In this document: positions 25,903 to 40,700 of the stretch, piece after piece
Layout: each line of letters begins with the position of its first letter
How positions within the stretch are numbered: position 1 is the stretch's first letter
NCBI GenBank assembly: GCA_030141605.1
Contig: JAQGDQ010000080.1
Location: 620,001-684,000 of the forward strand
Source of the DNA: Tubiluchus corallicola
Lineage: Eukaryota > Animalia > Priapulida
Direction of reading: 5' to 3'
DNA: 64,000 nucleotides
Program-made: the position numbers and the translations under genes
The notes under the pieces: generated by a model
Told to the model about the DNA's origin: nothing
Seen by the model: only the letters and a program-made list of their open reading frames with translations
The model's database searches: none

Positions 25903-28900
25903 AAGCTTTACTTCTGATTTCCAGCTTATGTACGTTTACCCGGTAAAATGTGATTTTAACATTAAATCTGCCGCGCATAATATAAATGTGATATACAATT
26001 TTTCTTGTAACACGGGTCATCCAAATGTAGATACTTCGAATTCATCTTGGTGTATCAGTGTGACATAAATTGTCCAAAAGTGACTAAAGCTTTGAAAACC
26101 AGGAAAATATTTTTGTGATTTTTTTAATTACTAAATTTTTGCAAGAAGCACGCATTTTTGGCTAAATGTTTAGATGGTTAGTCATTGCTGCTACTTAGTG
26201 TCTATAATGTAAAACCCATGTTGAATCTTATAAACATAATAATAATGTCCATTGCTAACCTTAGCATATTTCTAAGACTTCTATTGCCCATCATAAAAAA
26301 TGGCTAGCGGTTTGCTGAATACAGTAAAAAGGTATGTATGAGTCCATGATGTGCGAGCATTTTGTATAATCAAATTGCTGCTGTTTTGTTGCCTTTCAGC
26401 AAGAGCATCTTCCTTCATTTTCATCACAATTACTCGTCCGTAAAAGGTGAGCAAGTTCGTGGCGTATGAGGCTTCTGGGATGAATTCTTACGTCTGTATT
26501 GGTTTTGTCCAGTGTTAGTTCAGGCTGACTTCAATTAAGTTTAGGGTATAATTTTCTATTTCTTCACCTACCAAGTGCATGCAAAATACTTCCCAAGATT
26601 TGATTACTTTCCACCAATGTACGAATATTCTTTTTATAATATTGTAAGCTGTTTGACTCCTAAATAGTTTGCAAGTGAAATGTAGTACTACCCTTTACTG
26701 TATGATTGCAGGATTCTTGTTTGTCAACATGGGGAATTTTTTGTTAGTACATGGCGAAAACATAAAGCGCAAGGAAATGCTGTTCTTGCACAAAGCTAAA
26801 AAAATTGTCTAGTGATTTTATGTCATATACATGCGGCCTTATTGCATACAGAACTCGTAATGGCAGCAGTGTTGTAGAAACTGTAAACACTTAAATTCCC
26901 ATAATTAAGCCATTTTAACAGTAAATCAATTGAAACATGTTTAGATAACATTGCATAATCAAAAAAATAATCAGAAAGATCTTAGCGCACACTTCACTAA
27001 CTAGGAAAAGTATAAATTACTTCTTTTGTCAGTAAGATTAATAATATGTTTTTTGTTGAACAGATGATGTTTTGTCAGCTGGTGTGAACATTTAAATTAT
27101 TAAGAATTTCTTTTTCAGTTACATATATCTTTCAAACAGTGTAAATGTAATGCAAAGTAATATAAATTTATGTGGAATGTTTTTTGAAACATATTTTAAA
27201 ATTTCTTTTTCTTCCCTGTTAATGAAAGCTCAGACCTAGGCTACATCCACTAAGTGTTATGAAATGTAAGACAGATTTCAAACAAACTGTTTTTTTCATC
27301 TTAAAAATGCCTATTTTATTTTCATGGCCTAAGCCATCGTTAAATAGCACGATGATGAATTATCTTTAAACTAATCAAATAATCAGAAATGAATGTAATC
27401 GCAATTTCAAGCTTGTCACATTTGACTGACCTGTGTCACATTTGGATGACCTAAAAGCAAATACTTGGCTACATCTCTCAGAATTAATATCATTGTTGTC
27501 ACTTTGGATGACCTAGTTGCATTTGAATCACCACTATAACATTTGATATTACGTGTGTCCACGTTTGAGTGGAAACCTATCTAAAAATTTCTTTACAAAA
27601 TACTCATTATCGTATGTGCATTATTAGTTATAAATCATATGTTGAATTATGCAGAAAGGTGAAAACTTTGTGCAAACTTGTCTCTGTATGACACATTAAT
27701 AGCATCATGCATACATGCAATTTTGATGTTTTATGTATTAGCAATACTTATGTTAGCGTTCATTATCGTATTACGTTGCAGTTTTTTGGAGTTGTCATCA
27801 CTTTAACTACTTAATCTTACTGATATTTGTAGTATAAGCAGTTTTCATTGATTATGATCATGAGTCTAATTATCCTGGGCACCAGTAAGAAACTCGCCCC
27901 ATGAACTGTTCTTGTTATTATTTGGCAGCTAGTTTCTACAGAACATATCAAAAATGACATGATCCTCAATATAGTAACATTAACATGTGAAAAATATTGT
28001 CAGTTTTCAGACAATAATCAAATACTTTTTTCATTGCAAGGTTTTAATGATTGTTTAGAGTTCTACCATTCTTGTGTTTATGTAAAACTGTGATTTGATT
28101 TAATTCAGTTGATAGTGTAAAGAGAGGCATATTGTTGTACTAATATTGTTGTGTAACAAATGGTTAGATACCACTTTAGGAGATTAGTTATTGCATTGTT
28201 ACAATTGCCTAAGCTTCAAAATAGAGGAAACAATGGCAAAAAAACTAGGTAGCTTGGCCCGCTAAATCACAATATTCCACAGGTATTACTGCACAAAGTT
28301 TTGGCAAAAAAATAGGGTTGACTTTATTTTTGTAATGAGATCTTCAATGAGACCTTAATAGGAGTAATAGTAATGTTTTCATTTATCTTAATATACTAGA
28401 CTGTACGTTCTTCATTGGTTTGTTTAAAAAAACTACCTCTTTAATGTGTCCGACTGAATGTCATGCTGCATTTTTACAGTGCATTGGCAAACCACGATAT
28501 TATTCATTAACCTGCTTTTTCAAATTATTGACGCTTTATATACATAGTTTGAGATGCTGATTATACAGCGAATAATATGATGGTTTATAAGTAAACTAAA
28601 ATATCAATCACTGCAACTATTACAAGTGAGTAAAATAACGAAGTCTCACAGGAACAATAGAAGCGTGACATAGCGAGTATGAATTTGCCATTGAGTACAT
28701 TTTCTTGTTAATAGTAAGTGCAAATGTGGTAGATTTTTTAAATGTAGGTGTGCTTGTTGCAATGTTGTGTTTAGCCGACTGCACGTCAAAATATCAGAAA
28801 AAAATGCAACATGGCATACTGTTGGACAGCAGTACTGAATTACTGCTCAAAAAAATGAGTATTTACATCGGAGATGTATATTATCAATAAATATTTCCAG

Positions 28901-30932
28901 TTGTATGCCACAGCAGGGATTAAAATAATAGTTGTTATTATCAGGAACATTCCCTGATGATTTCAATTTTTGCATGTCAGTCAGAAAGTATCGTTAGATT
29001 TTTCTAGAGCATGTATTCACTTGCAGTCATTAACAAGGCTAACAATTACAAATTAAATATTCTATGTTTTAAACTAATTTTTGACCGTAGGGAAGGAAAT
29101 GTCAAAAAGTTGAGACAACCTAAATTTGAATTAGGGGCCTTTGCATTACAAGCTAGTGTCATCACTAAACCACACCACACCGCCACACTGGAATCCTTAG
29201 TAGCTGGCCTACCAATCCAACATTAGAGATTTGCATTCGAAAAGGTAATAATTGTGAGCTACTTCCATTATAAAAAAATCATTACTTGATAAATTTGAAA
29301 TTAAGATTATAAATGTTAATTTCCTACAATAATTTCAGGACAAATTAATTCAATTAGTTAGCAAATACGTTAGTATGAGTACATTGTAGTACTTGGAAAT
29401 GTTGGATCGGTGGCAAACTGTTGCAATTGTTTTAAGGCAGTCTCAAGAGACTGAGTAGTCAATGGTATTCGTTTTTCAATGCAAAAAGACCCAAGTTCAG
29501 TCTTGACTTTTTAACATTTCTTTCATTTTGGAAACTTAATAGCCGACTTTGCGTTTTGCAAATTGACAAACTTTCTGTTACAAACCTTTAAATAACAAGT
29601 TGTAGTTACGTTTCTCTAATTGCCTAAGCTGTAGGCTCACACTATATTATTTATTGAACACCTAAAAATAGTACATTTATTATTAGTTAGTAATTAGCAT
29701 GTTTGTAGAGTAGGAAAATTTAATTATATTATTCATTTTCTTGTTATTGCATATATTGTTAGTTGTTAATTCAAATCATTACCGTGATTCTCTCATTAGT
29801 GAACCTTCTGGTCACAGTTACTCAGTATGCTTGTTTTTTGGCTTTTATTAGGCTTTTTCTACCCCTACAATAAGCTAAAAGTCATAATTTAAACGAAAAT
29901 AAAGGATACAAAAAATGAGAACTGTGTTACACTTCTCCTCCTGGCCTGAGACAGTTTCCTGGTTTTTGAGTAAAAGTTACAAATTCTTCAATGCTGTTTA
30001 TAGTTATAGAGTGTAATCAGTTGTTAAACAGATCTATGTATTGCATCATGTATATTTAAAAAAACGTATGTAGCTAGCAAAGTATATGAATGTCGACGTA
30101 AACTGGTATTGTTACGTTGACAAAAAGATTAACTTGATTTATTTTTGTCTTGTATGCATTATACAATTTGAAAGAGATATAAATTATATTATATTCGTGT
30201 TGTACAATTAAATTTTATCTATACTTTTTTAAGTATTTACAGAATATGTATTGCTTGGTGAGTTTGAAATCTAAGCAAAGTGAGCTAATGTTGTTAAATG
30301 CTTTGTTTGCATCTCTATGCGATATATACAGGTATAATCATTAAATTTTGCTTTTACGTGGAATCTGCCTAATATTAATGTGGCAGCATAAAGTTGTTTC
30401 TGCTCGTCTCATTTTTGTGATCTATAGACTGTGCTGTGTAGGACTATTTTTTTCTACTCATGCTTAAATGTCCAAGTGTGCTTTCTCCATTAATTTTTTT
30501 TTGTACATTCCTAGTATATTTAATAATTGCTTTATTTAGAAGGAACTGTTTTTAGTAATGTCACAGCCCAGTTTCATTAATTTCATTCAAAAAATATCAT
30601 TTACATAGTCTTCAGTACTCAATTTGATTAGTTTAATCTGTAATAATGAATCCTTTCAATAGATAATGTGCAGCGCTTGCCGATACACAAGAGAAGCAAA
30701 TGCATGGTTATTGTTATTATAATGAAATTGTAAAATGGGATGCCTTTGTGTCCTGTACCAGCATCTTGATACTTCAGCTATTTATCTTTAGTAACATTGA
30801 TATAGTTTTAATATTGGTATCTATATTTCATGATGCATGTAGTTGTAATATATACAAGGTAATATTGTTGCTGTTGCACAAGCTTTCTGTTGAATACATA
30901 CATACACGCTAGAAAAAACAAAATTATTGCTC

Positions 30933-30958
30933 ATTAAAATGTCAAAATAATTTTTATT
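30933..30958. terminator. Convergent poly(A) signals: ATTAAA (+, 30933-30938) and AATAAA (-, 30958-30953)
   Basis: Both hexamers are present in the sequence. Strand composition switches from T/G-rich upstream to A/C-rich downstream at this point. Confidence 0.55.
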
Positions 30959-31795
30959 GTTTGTGTCCTAATGTAAAACATAAGATACATAGCAATGAAA
31001 CCAAAATATGAACAGAAATTCATCATTACTATACACTGTACAAAATGGCATGCTTAATTTTTAACAAGCAATATAAATACAATAAAAAACCCTCAAACAT
31101 TAACAAAAATGCTCATTTTCCTTTTTTCCAGTTAACTACAGCTTTAAGACTAAGTACAGCCTTAAGATAAAGGAAAGAAATCAAATGTCATTATTGATAA
31201 GCTGGCAATTTACTACACAAAAAATATAAAAAAGCAATTTTTTAGTTTGACTCACTGGTATACAAATTACGATCAAGTCTGCTTAACCGAAATCTGGTTA
31301 ACTCATATCAGCTAACAAGTTCTGACTGGTTTATATGCATGCGCGTTGGATGTATGTATAATCGCGTAAGTCCTCATCTTATACACTTAGCCACCAATGA
31401 TTTTCTTCCGTCCCCTGAGATACGAATTAAGCAGAATAACTTGTACTAGGAAAAGATGTTTGCATGGAAAGACTCATGAAATTCTCACAAATATATATGC
31501 ACGAATCTCTAGTGGATAAGGAATACTTTTGATGGTCATTCTGGAAAATACGTATGGCATTAATTTTCAGAAAATGGACATCAAAAAAAATTTATTATCA
31601 CTGTACACCTAAGTTCTTGCACACCTTTTACACAAAACTTCCTATTATTATGTTGTAGTAAGAATAATAACAACAGTTTATAAAAAATAATAAAAGGTCA
31701 TAAAAACAGCAGTGCAGAGAGCATTACATATAAATATGTTTGAAATATTAATTATAGTGGTATAATGATTGACATGACCTAAAGTTGAATATGCA

Positions 31796-34700
31796 TCATG
31801 AGCAAGCAGCTACTGCACTAAGTAGATTATACTTTGCATAGTGAAGATGAAGAATGTTTGATGACTTTGAAGGGAACGAACCAATCAGCTCTGGCGATGC
31901 TATACCATCTGCAGACCTGCATAGAAAGAATGCAAAATTAGACCGCTATACATATTGATCTTACCGCAAAAGTATATGTCAAGTACATTGTAATAATATG
32001 TATGCATATATTCGTATGTTGTATGTACATGTATGGACATAATATACATGTACTACTTATAATCTAAGTATATATATATGTGTGTGTGTGTGTATGTATA
32101 CAATACAGTTATATTATAAAGAATGTCGCTTAATTTCAAGTTTATTAACTTCAACAATTGTTTTGTTGTAAAGGATCATCTTGTAAATTAGACACTGAAC
32201 AGGCAGTACAATTACACATTTGCATCCGTCTACTTCCTCCTTTAATGAAATAAGTAACAATGTAGAAGAAACAACGCAGAAACAGTTTTACTAGCAGTCA
32301 CCCCTCCACGTCGTTCATTTACTAATTGGGCACAACACTAATTTTTTGGCCAAATGCACACCATGTCCGCTCGGCATTTCCTTTGCATATGAATTTTGAA
32401 AAATTACAGACAGCACTTTTTACCAGCACATAAGTAGCTGCCAGTCTCGACTTGCACAATTCTGACTTTGTGCTGTCCTTGCACAAGGTGTCTTACTTAT
32501 TCAAGTCCCTACCACAGTAGCCTGGTGGCCCTATCAGGAAAACTGACCTGAGATGAACAGTAAAAAATATTAGTTATTGTAAGGTCAGATAGGCTACTGC
32601 ATGTCTGCACACTGTCATGTCTAACGGCCAGTAATTGGTCTCTCGGCTTCCTAGCAAGTTGAAATGGCTCGTAAATAAACAGCAATCACGGGATAAACCC
32701 ATTAGGTCCTGCAAATATGCAGATGACTACACAACACATCTTTTTTTAAATATGAGCAATAACAGAAAAAGAAAGACAACCAATTAGTGATTCTTCTAAA
32801 AACTGCATATTCTTCGAAGCTTCTGAAAACCTAATATTCTCTACCGAATCCAAACTGAATTATTCGGATCGGTCACAGCATAAAACTTTCATTTCGTTTC
32901 ATGTTTTGAGATTTAGCAGAAAATGTCTTGCCACCTGGCTCAGTGTAAGAGTACACACTATCAGAAGAAGGTTATTAATTGCTAGAAAAAGCATGTTGCG
33001 TATTTGTTACACTACACACGGCACCACTCAAACAGGCCGTAAAATGTTAAAATGTGCCACCTTCCCAAATTAACATATGTTTGCAAGTTCAACTGACATT
33101 ACAGCTTTTGCAGTTTTGCAACCATATCACTACAGGATCAAAGTTTATTCTGTTTATGATATTAGCTTATTAGGTCTAAGCACACCAGTGTAGTTAGCAA
33201 TTCTTTAGCTTGCAGAGACGATCAACGCTTCACAGCTTGTAAATTGAGTAAGAAGAAATCTTCAAGTGATTTACTTCAGAAGTTTGTATTACATCACAGT
33301 TTTTACATACTACCTTAATAAAACAGTTTAATAATGCTAAACAACTCCGCATTTCACTCTATATTCTGCTATTTTCTAGTTTTACAAGCTCGCTACCTAT
33401 ATGCTAGTATTCAACTTAAAAAATAATAATTATAACGGCATAACAGCTACAAGATTTTTATTATTAAAACAACAAAAGCAAAAGAAGTTACAGTGTGAAT
33501 ACATAAATTAATATTTTGTTCGGTTTGCTTTGGTTCGGGTTTCAAAAGTATGATTGGGATTTGATTCCAATTTGAAGGCAAAAACTTCAGCAAATATAAA
33601 TTCGGCTATTTTAGGTTCACAGCATCACTGCAACTTATAAATGACAGGGTTAAGTTTAGCAAGTTAAGCAGTATGCTTTGGCACACGATGACACAGGTCA
33701 GCATGACTTATATTAACAAACACAATTATACATTAACCACTTCTTATTACGAACAAATCACTCTGTCTTAGCACATTCTGCATTATCACAAATTGATAAT
33801 AAAAAATACTTACGTGTTTGATAAAGTTGTTTTTCGCACATCCCATATGCGTACCACATTATCCATGCCACCTGAAAAAGCAACAAACAAGCTATGCGGT
33901 AAAAAGCACACAGTCTCGTTTTTAAACATCTAAAATTGCATTGGATTTTACGAAATTAACAAAGTTAACAAACTACCATCATTCATTGGCAAGGCCTACT
34001 TGGTAATGTAAACTGTAAAGAGTGGTGCATAAACGTTTGCTAAAACAAAATATTACATAAAACTATTGCTGAAACAATAGAGAATCTACTATGCCATCAA
34101 AATTTAGGCCTATCATATCTCTCACAGCCTGCAGTCTTGAGGCGTATGACCAAAGCAGCAATCTGAAAACTCTAGAATTAATTTTTCCGGTCAAATTGAA
34201 TATCCGGGAAATTCACCGCCTCAGCTCCAAATTAAAGCTAACCTGAAAGGCAAAAGGGATGCTAAGAACATACCACTGATTGATATTCAATGGACAAGCT
34301 CATGAGACATCTGCAAGACACGTTGGAGGAACTTGAGTTCTTCTAAATTTCTGCTCCGTTCATACCCCTCGAGACTGCAGACTGTACGAGACGCGAGAGG
34401 CTTTCATGTTAAATTTTGAGCACAGGGTATAACTGTTTCAGCAATAGCTAAATGTAATGTAATTGTTCAGTACTATTACAGGTGTTTTTGGTTTCCACTA
34501 ATAAAAGGTTAGGTAGATAATTGTGAAGGAACAGTCATGACAAAATAGCTCATTAAGGACCATCAACAAATAAAAAGACAGGGCAACAGTCAAATGAAAG
34601 TGCACAAAAGTAGTTTTTACAGCAGCCAATCATACATTTACTGCTCAGACCTGACATCACTTAATCTAACAGCCAAGCATTCAATGTCAAGGAACCAGTC

Positions 34701-37700
34701 TTAGTAGAGGCAAAGCTATTTCTTGCTCTTTAATAAATACTGTTATACCTGATGCTATTGAAGTCCCAGAATCATTAAAGCAAAGCGAGTAAACAGCATC
34801 AGTATGTCCCTTCAGTTCTTTGTACAATGTTCCTCCAGCAATGTCCCATAAGCGTATCCGCCTGTCTTCCCCTATATTCAAACATTCCCATAAAAGAGTT
34901 GCAAAAATTTACATGCAAATGCTTACAAAATGGATCTGCTCAAGTTACTATTCAATATTTAATTTATCAGATTACCTTCTCTTCGTATCTCTGAGAAATT
35001 CCAATGAATTAAATGAATGAAATTTTTAAATATGCAATCCATAAGTTAGCACTAGCAAGCTGAGAAAGAACATAGGTGCATGCCGAAAATTATGTTGGTA
35101 CGAGACCATGTTTTGGTTGGTTTCTTACAAGTTCAAATGCATAAATAATACAAACATTTATTAAGCTTACAAAATAGAATTTAGCCAAGCTAACAAGCAC
35201 TAAAAATAGGCAATAGTTGTGTATTTACCTGCAGAGGCGAGATATTTCCCATCAGGGCTAAATGCCAAGGCAAATACAGAGCCTTGATGGCCACGAAAAA
35301 CTCTAGCAAGTTTGGCATCTTGGACATTCCACAATCTCACTGTCTTATCAGATGAACCCGTCGCAATGTAGTTTGAATTGGGATGAAACTTCACAGACTA
35401 AAGAAAAAAGCTATTGCTATAAACAAACTGCAATTTGTCAAACTTTCTTTAGCTATCATAATTAATAACAAACAAAATGTCAATCATTCTCAGTCAAGCT
35501 CTGCTGACTGCCCAATCAGCGTGCATACGCTCACAGAACCGGTTCGTTGCCTCATCTTTCAGGACAATAAAGGACATGAGCTGCAACTATGTATTGCCGG
35601 TACATATTATACTTTATGAAAAATACCCAACTTTTCATTAGTTCGCGGGAGAGAAACCAGCCTGGTTTTAGATATTATTACAGACTGTCAATTGTCTGTA
35701 TTGTCGATTGAAATTTCAGGTGAATTAGTGAAAATATATAATCTAATTTCGTTTTTACAGGAAGAAATGCGCAACGCTTACATCAATGAGTTACTGATTT
35801 TCTTATTAATAAAATACGCAGTTTAGTTAATGCATGACCTTGCAAGCTAGATAAAGACAACTATTTGATTAACTTTAAAAAAGGACAAATTAACTTAATG
35901 AGGTTAAGCCGATCATATGATGCTGCTTTAAATTAATGATCGCAAACGTAAAATGGTGACAATTTAATTTAGGTGACAATAAAATTTATAACATTATATT
36001 GAAGCCCGAGTTAGCAGGTATAAATGATTCAGAGTTAATGCGTATGTAAAAATTGCTTCAAAGTAGGTTTACGTACGTAGGTAATAGGAATGGCTAGTTT
36101 GTAATAGTTGAGGCCTAGCATCAGAAATGAACTCATCCATGGGAATCTGTGACAAATTTCAGGATTATTTGGTAGGTGAGCGCACTCATAGAAATCCACA
36201 TTCAGGCAAAATGTTTTCAGAAATTTTCAGGCAAAATGTTTTCTTTCCTGGTCAGTTTTTATAAACCTCAATAAGATCTTTACTGTCCAAATCAATTCAA
36301 ATGTGGTCAAAATTTATGTTATATATCAATGCAATATTTGTATCTGGAAATAATCAATTTTATGCTATTTTTCTGGTTATAATCATAGTTAAATATGGAA
36401 TTGGGACTTACAAGTTATGTAACTTGGGCAAGATTGCCTACGGAATTTAACAATCAAATTGGTAAAGGCAAAGGCAAAGAGACTTTCATAAATATATTTT
36501 GTTGCTCATTTGTCTTAAAGCTATGTTTTACTGGCTTAGTTCCTTTATAATAACAACCTGACTAGGTATTGCATTGCTTTGTATTAGGATGACTTTTTTT
36601 GCCTACTTAATGTTTTAATTTCTTGTTAAAATAGCTGCTGCTTTGCAAATTTTGAGAATGAAAAAGCACAATTAGTACGTCCGCTGATCTGATTAGACAT
36701 TAGTTGTCATGTTGTTTACTAAAGAAAGTCGTTAATCAGCAGGAGCTGATGTCCTGAATGCCACTCAGAATGCTTACGTCACAATTGAGGCAGAGCGATA
36801 GACTAATATGCTAGACATCAATTGCAGTTGATAACGTTCTTTTACAACTTAGCAATCTACAAGCTACCATATATCACTCAGAAGCGGGGCTTACTTAATG
36901 TGAATGGGTATTACTGGTTGAGGCAAGAGCAGGATGTAACTAATTATCAAAGATAATACTCTGGGATAAGGCTCGAATCTCAAGATGACGTACCAAACAG
37001 ACGTGTCTGAATTGTGTTCAGATATGTGAATCAGGGAAAATATCCACTCGTATCAAGATAAAACGACAGCTGTAGTACAGTAATTTTTCAAATGTAACTG
37101 CCAGAAACAGTTTTCCTGCCAGTCATATCTGTATTTACAGATACTAAGTTGATAAACCAACTATTTAATATAGTTGCAACATAATTAAATTATGAAATTA
37201 TGAATGAAATATTTACACATGTTAAACTGTTATATAATTACTTAAAAAAACTCAAGTAATTTAGAAGCTGATAACAAACAGCTTACATCGACATCACCGC
37301 CATGGCCAGCATAAATTCTTAATGGATATATCCTATCTATTGTCCACAATCGAGCTGTAGAATCTTTGGAACCAGTAGAGAAATAGAGACTGAGTGGTCC
37401 AACATCTAATGCCCAGATTGGATAATTATGTCCTCTATATACAGCCAAGTTTGTGCATGTCTTCATGCTCCACAGTCGCACTAAAAAGAAAGCACTAAGT
37501 TTTAATATATAAACAAACCACATATCAAAAACGAAAACGTAGAAAAACATGAAGCTTGTATATACAAACTAAACTAATTTAAAAAATTAGTGAATATTTT
37601 TACAGCAGGATAGTAATTTTACCAATATCACGGATGGTTCTCATTTGCAAATTTATCAAAGCTTTTTAATCCATTTACTTTTAAACAGTACGTTCAAAAA

Positions 37701-40700
37701 TAGCACCTGTTCTGTCAGCAGATGCAGACATAATAAATTCTGAGGTGTGACTGAACTGCACTTTGTAAACAGGTCCAGAATGTCCTCGCAATACAACCAT
37801 TTCACTAGATAACCTAAAAAATGAAAGGCACACTCTTCTTGCAATTGGTATGGAATAGTTGGTCTTATTAGCCAAATTTCATTTTATATTTAATCAAAGC
37901 AAGTTATTAAACAAAAACATACAGAGCAAGTATTAGACTAATGTAGTGAAATTATTTAAATTTTGAATCATTTATTAAGTTGCTATAATAATATATTCAT
38001 CACATAAAATTTTGATGCTTGCCTTTCAGAATGTTCCTCTTCATTAACTATATCACAGCCTAAAGTAATTTTACTTGCATCTGGACTGCTAGATTCCACC
38101 TTTAATTTACTAGAAGTTAAATTCCACAACCGCATGACCGAGTTGCCATAACCACAAGCTAAATGAGAAGCTGTACTTGATATACAAGCTGTGGTCAAAC
38201 TGAAAATAAGAAAAAGAGAAAGTGAATACAATGACACTCAACAGTTTACTTGCTGACAATAAAGAATTGAGAAGATGAGTCTACTAAGGAATTAACCATT
38301 ATAACGTTACTCAAACTACAGTACACTCTTCTTTTACAGGCACATTAATTATGCTGCACATTGTCCATGCACTACTTACTACTCTGTCGCATTAATTTCA
38401 TACTTTTGCAGCATAATTCTGAACCCTTCTAAAAGCATTCAACCGAAAGCACCAAGAACACGCTTGCAGCCATTTTTACATAAAACAGCCATTACCCAAA
38501 ATTTTGATTATTCATACTTTCAGTTATCCACACACAATGAGCCAAGGGCTAGCACTAATATTAAGGAATACAGTGGATATGGTCTTGCAATAAACTAGAA
38601 AAATCTACATTTAAAAATGGAGTAACGAGAATTACATTCAGAAAAGCTCTAAACAACATTGTTCATTATTACAAATTAAAGTCTGTCATCATATTCTCAC
38701 CTATCGAAAGAATTGTGGCATGTATATAAGCATATTGAAGGCAATGGAAGAGGACCAGCTCTTACAGCAGCAATACTTTGATTAAGCGATGACAACGAGA
38801 CATCTTGCATGGAACTACATGAAGCAGAAGTTGACTGTGGTAGACTACCAAATAATGTCGTAGATTCACCATTCCGAAGACGAGCATGCTTCTTAGAAGA
38901 TACATCTTTCACTGTTAAAAAATAATTGTCCAGTGAGATTCGATTACTCATTATGGCACACTTAATTTGTGGTGCTTTAATGTAACAATATGCATTAGTT
39001 TGGTTAAACACAAAGACAAGATTTATTTACAGTCGGTCATTTAACAGACAACACTAGCACAAATGGCTATTTAGTGATTTACACTTACAACAATACAGGC
39101 ACAGGCGCAACACACAAATGACACACAACACGTAAGGTATATACCCTGGTGTTGGCCGAAGCTAGTATCGAACTCAGTACTGCCTGGCTGCAATCCGAAA
39201 TTTAAACCACTCGGCCTGGACAAAACGCATAAGACAAAATCTGGCTTCACTAACTCTTTCGGTCATTCAACAATTCATGATGTGTGACAGCTTCAAATTT
39301 ATACTTAACCTCAACTGATGTAGTTGAAGTCTGTGTGTCTGTACTAACTGCACCGGAGAATGTAACATGGTGAATGCTCCACAGGCATAGGTGTGAGATT
39401 ACCATCGCGTTTGAAAGAGCTTAATTATAACTGTACGTTCATGTGCAAAAATACTATATTAAATTTCATCTTGGGCTTGACAACAAAATCCATCACGCTT
39501 CAAATGTCTGCCACCAGCCTCGAGTTAACTTAAATGCAAAATTTAATCAAAGCTGCAGCCCTTGCTGTGAGGAGACAGAACCTATTTCATAAGTCTAGGA
39601 CAATCCTCTAAGATGAGATACTTTTAATTATTATATGAGTTGTTCGAATATTCTCTACACCTAAGGGTTGTTAATGACACAATTGATCAGAGAACACTGA
39701 CAGTGAACTATATTATTTTCTTTTACACAGTTCTTCATTGGATTATACTTTTCTAATTTGCTTGCATAACAAACCAAAAAATTTCAGTGGTCCTACCAAA
39801 CTTAACACATATTACTTAGTTGTACCAGTGTTATCTTCTGCATGTATAGTTTACAAATGATCGATAATAAGCTATTGCCAATGATTTATGTCATTTTCTC
39901 TATTCAGAATTTTTAAGCGGTCATCTAACGTCCTGTATGATAAATACTATATATGAAGGCCTACTTGAAGTAATCTAAATTAAGTGCTTTTAAAGTGGCT
40001 TGTTTAAGTTGATATCTCATTTATTTCCTGTTATTGATCCTATAAAAATGGTGATTTATTTGACTGTTTGCAACAGAATCTTATATAGAATGTTGGGAGA
40101 TTTTTTTCAGTTCCGTAATTAGATGCTGGGCCGATAATGAATAATGTATCTTTTAAGAAGCTTGTACTTGCTTTAAGAAGTTATTTAAGTCGGTATAATC
40201 ATTATAATTTATTTTAACATCCTCATTAATACAACATGGCACCACACTCAGCAGAAGGGCTCGAAATCTATCCTCTTCCCTTCTCCCCACAACATCCACT
40301 GCTTTGTCGACTGGTGTTAGCTAAGCGTCCAAATACTAAGAAGCAATTTTTATTTATGTTTAAATAGTATTCAAATCTATAACCTGCAAATGACAGTTGT
40401 AAAAATAAAATTATCTAAATCTAAATCTAAATGTAAGAAAATCTGGCAAAGAAAAATTAAGCAATCTGGTTACGGTGTAGCAATTAAATAGTATAATTTG
40501 CCATTTGTATTTTTTATCAGATATGGTTTGTAAGTTTTATACATATGTTGGAGAATTTATTCTATTACTTTCTAAATTTGCTATCTTACTTACCATTTAA
40601 TTGCATATGAAGATTAAATATCTGTAGAAGCAAAGCATTGTCCTCACACTAAAAGAAATAAGCCCTAACACCATTAAATAAAAATGACAAATTTTATGAA

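Noticed and set aside
28940-28970. Hammerhead ribozyme cores (CTGATGA here and at other sites on both strands)
   Set aside because: No matching GAAA and stem arrangement was seen at any occurrence inspected.
31740-31798. Stop-codon readthrough or selenocysteine at the TAF5L TGA
   Set aside because: The stop falls at the expected C-terminus, there is no CUAG readthrough context, and no SECIS was recognised.
36700-37100. Possible decayed BEL/Pao retrotransposon coding fragment
   Set aside because: Only a faint GLLNVNG resemblance with no ordered set of motifs.
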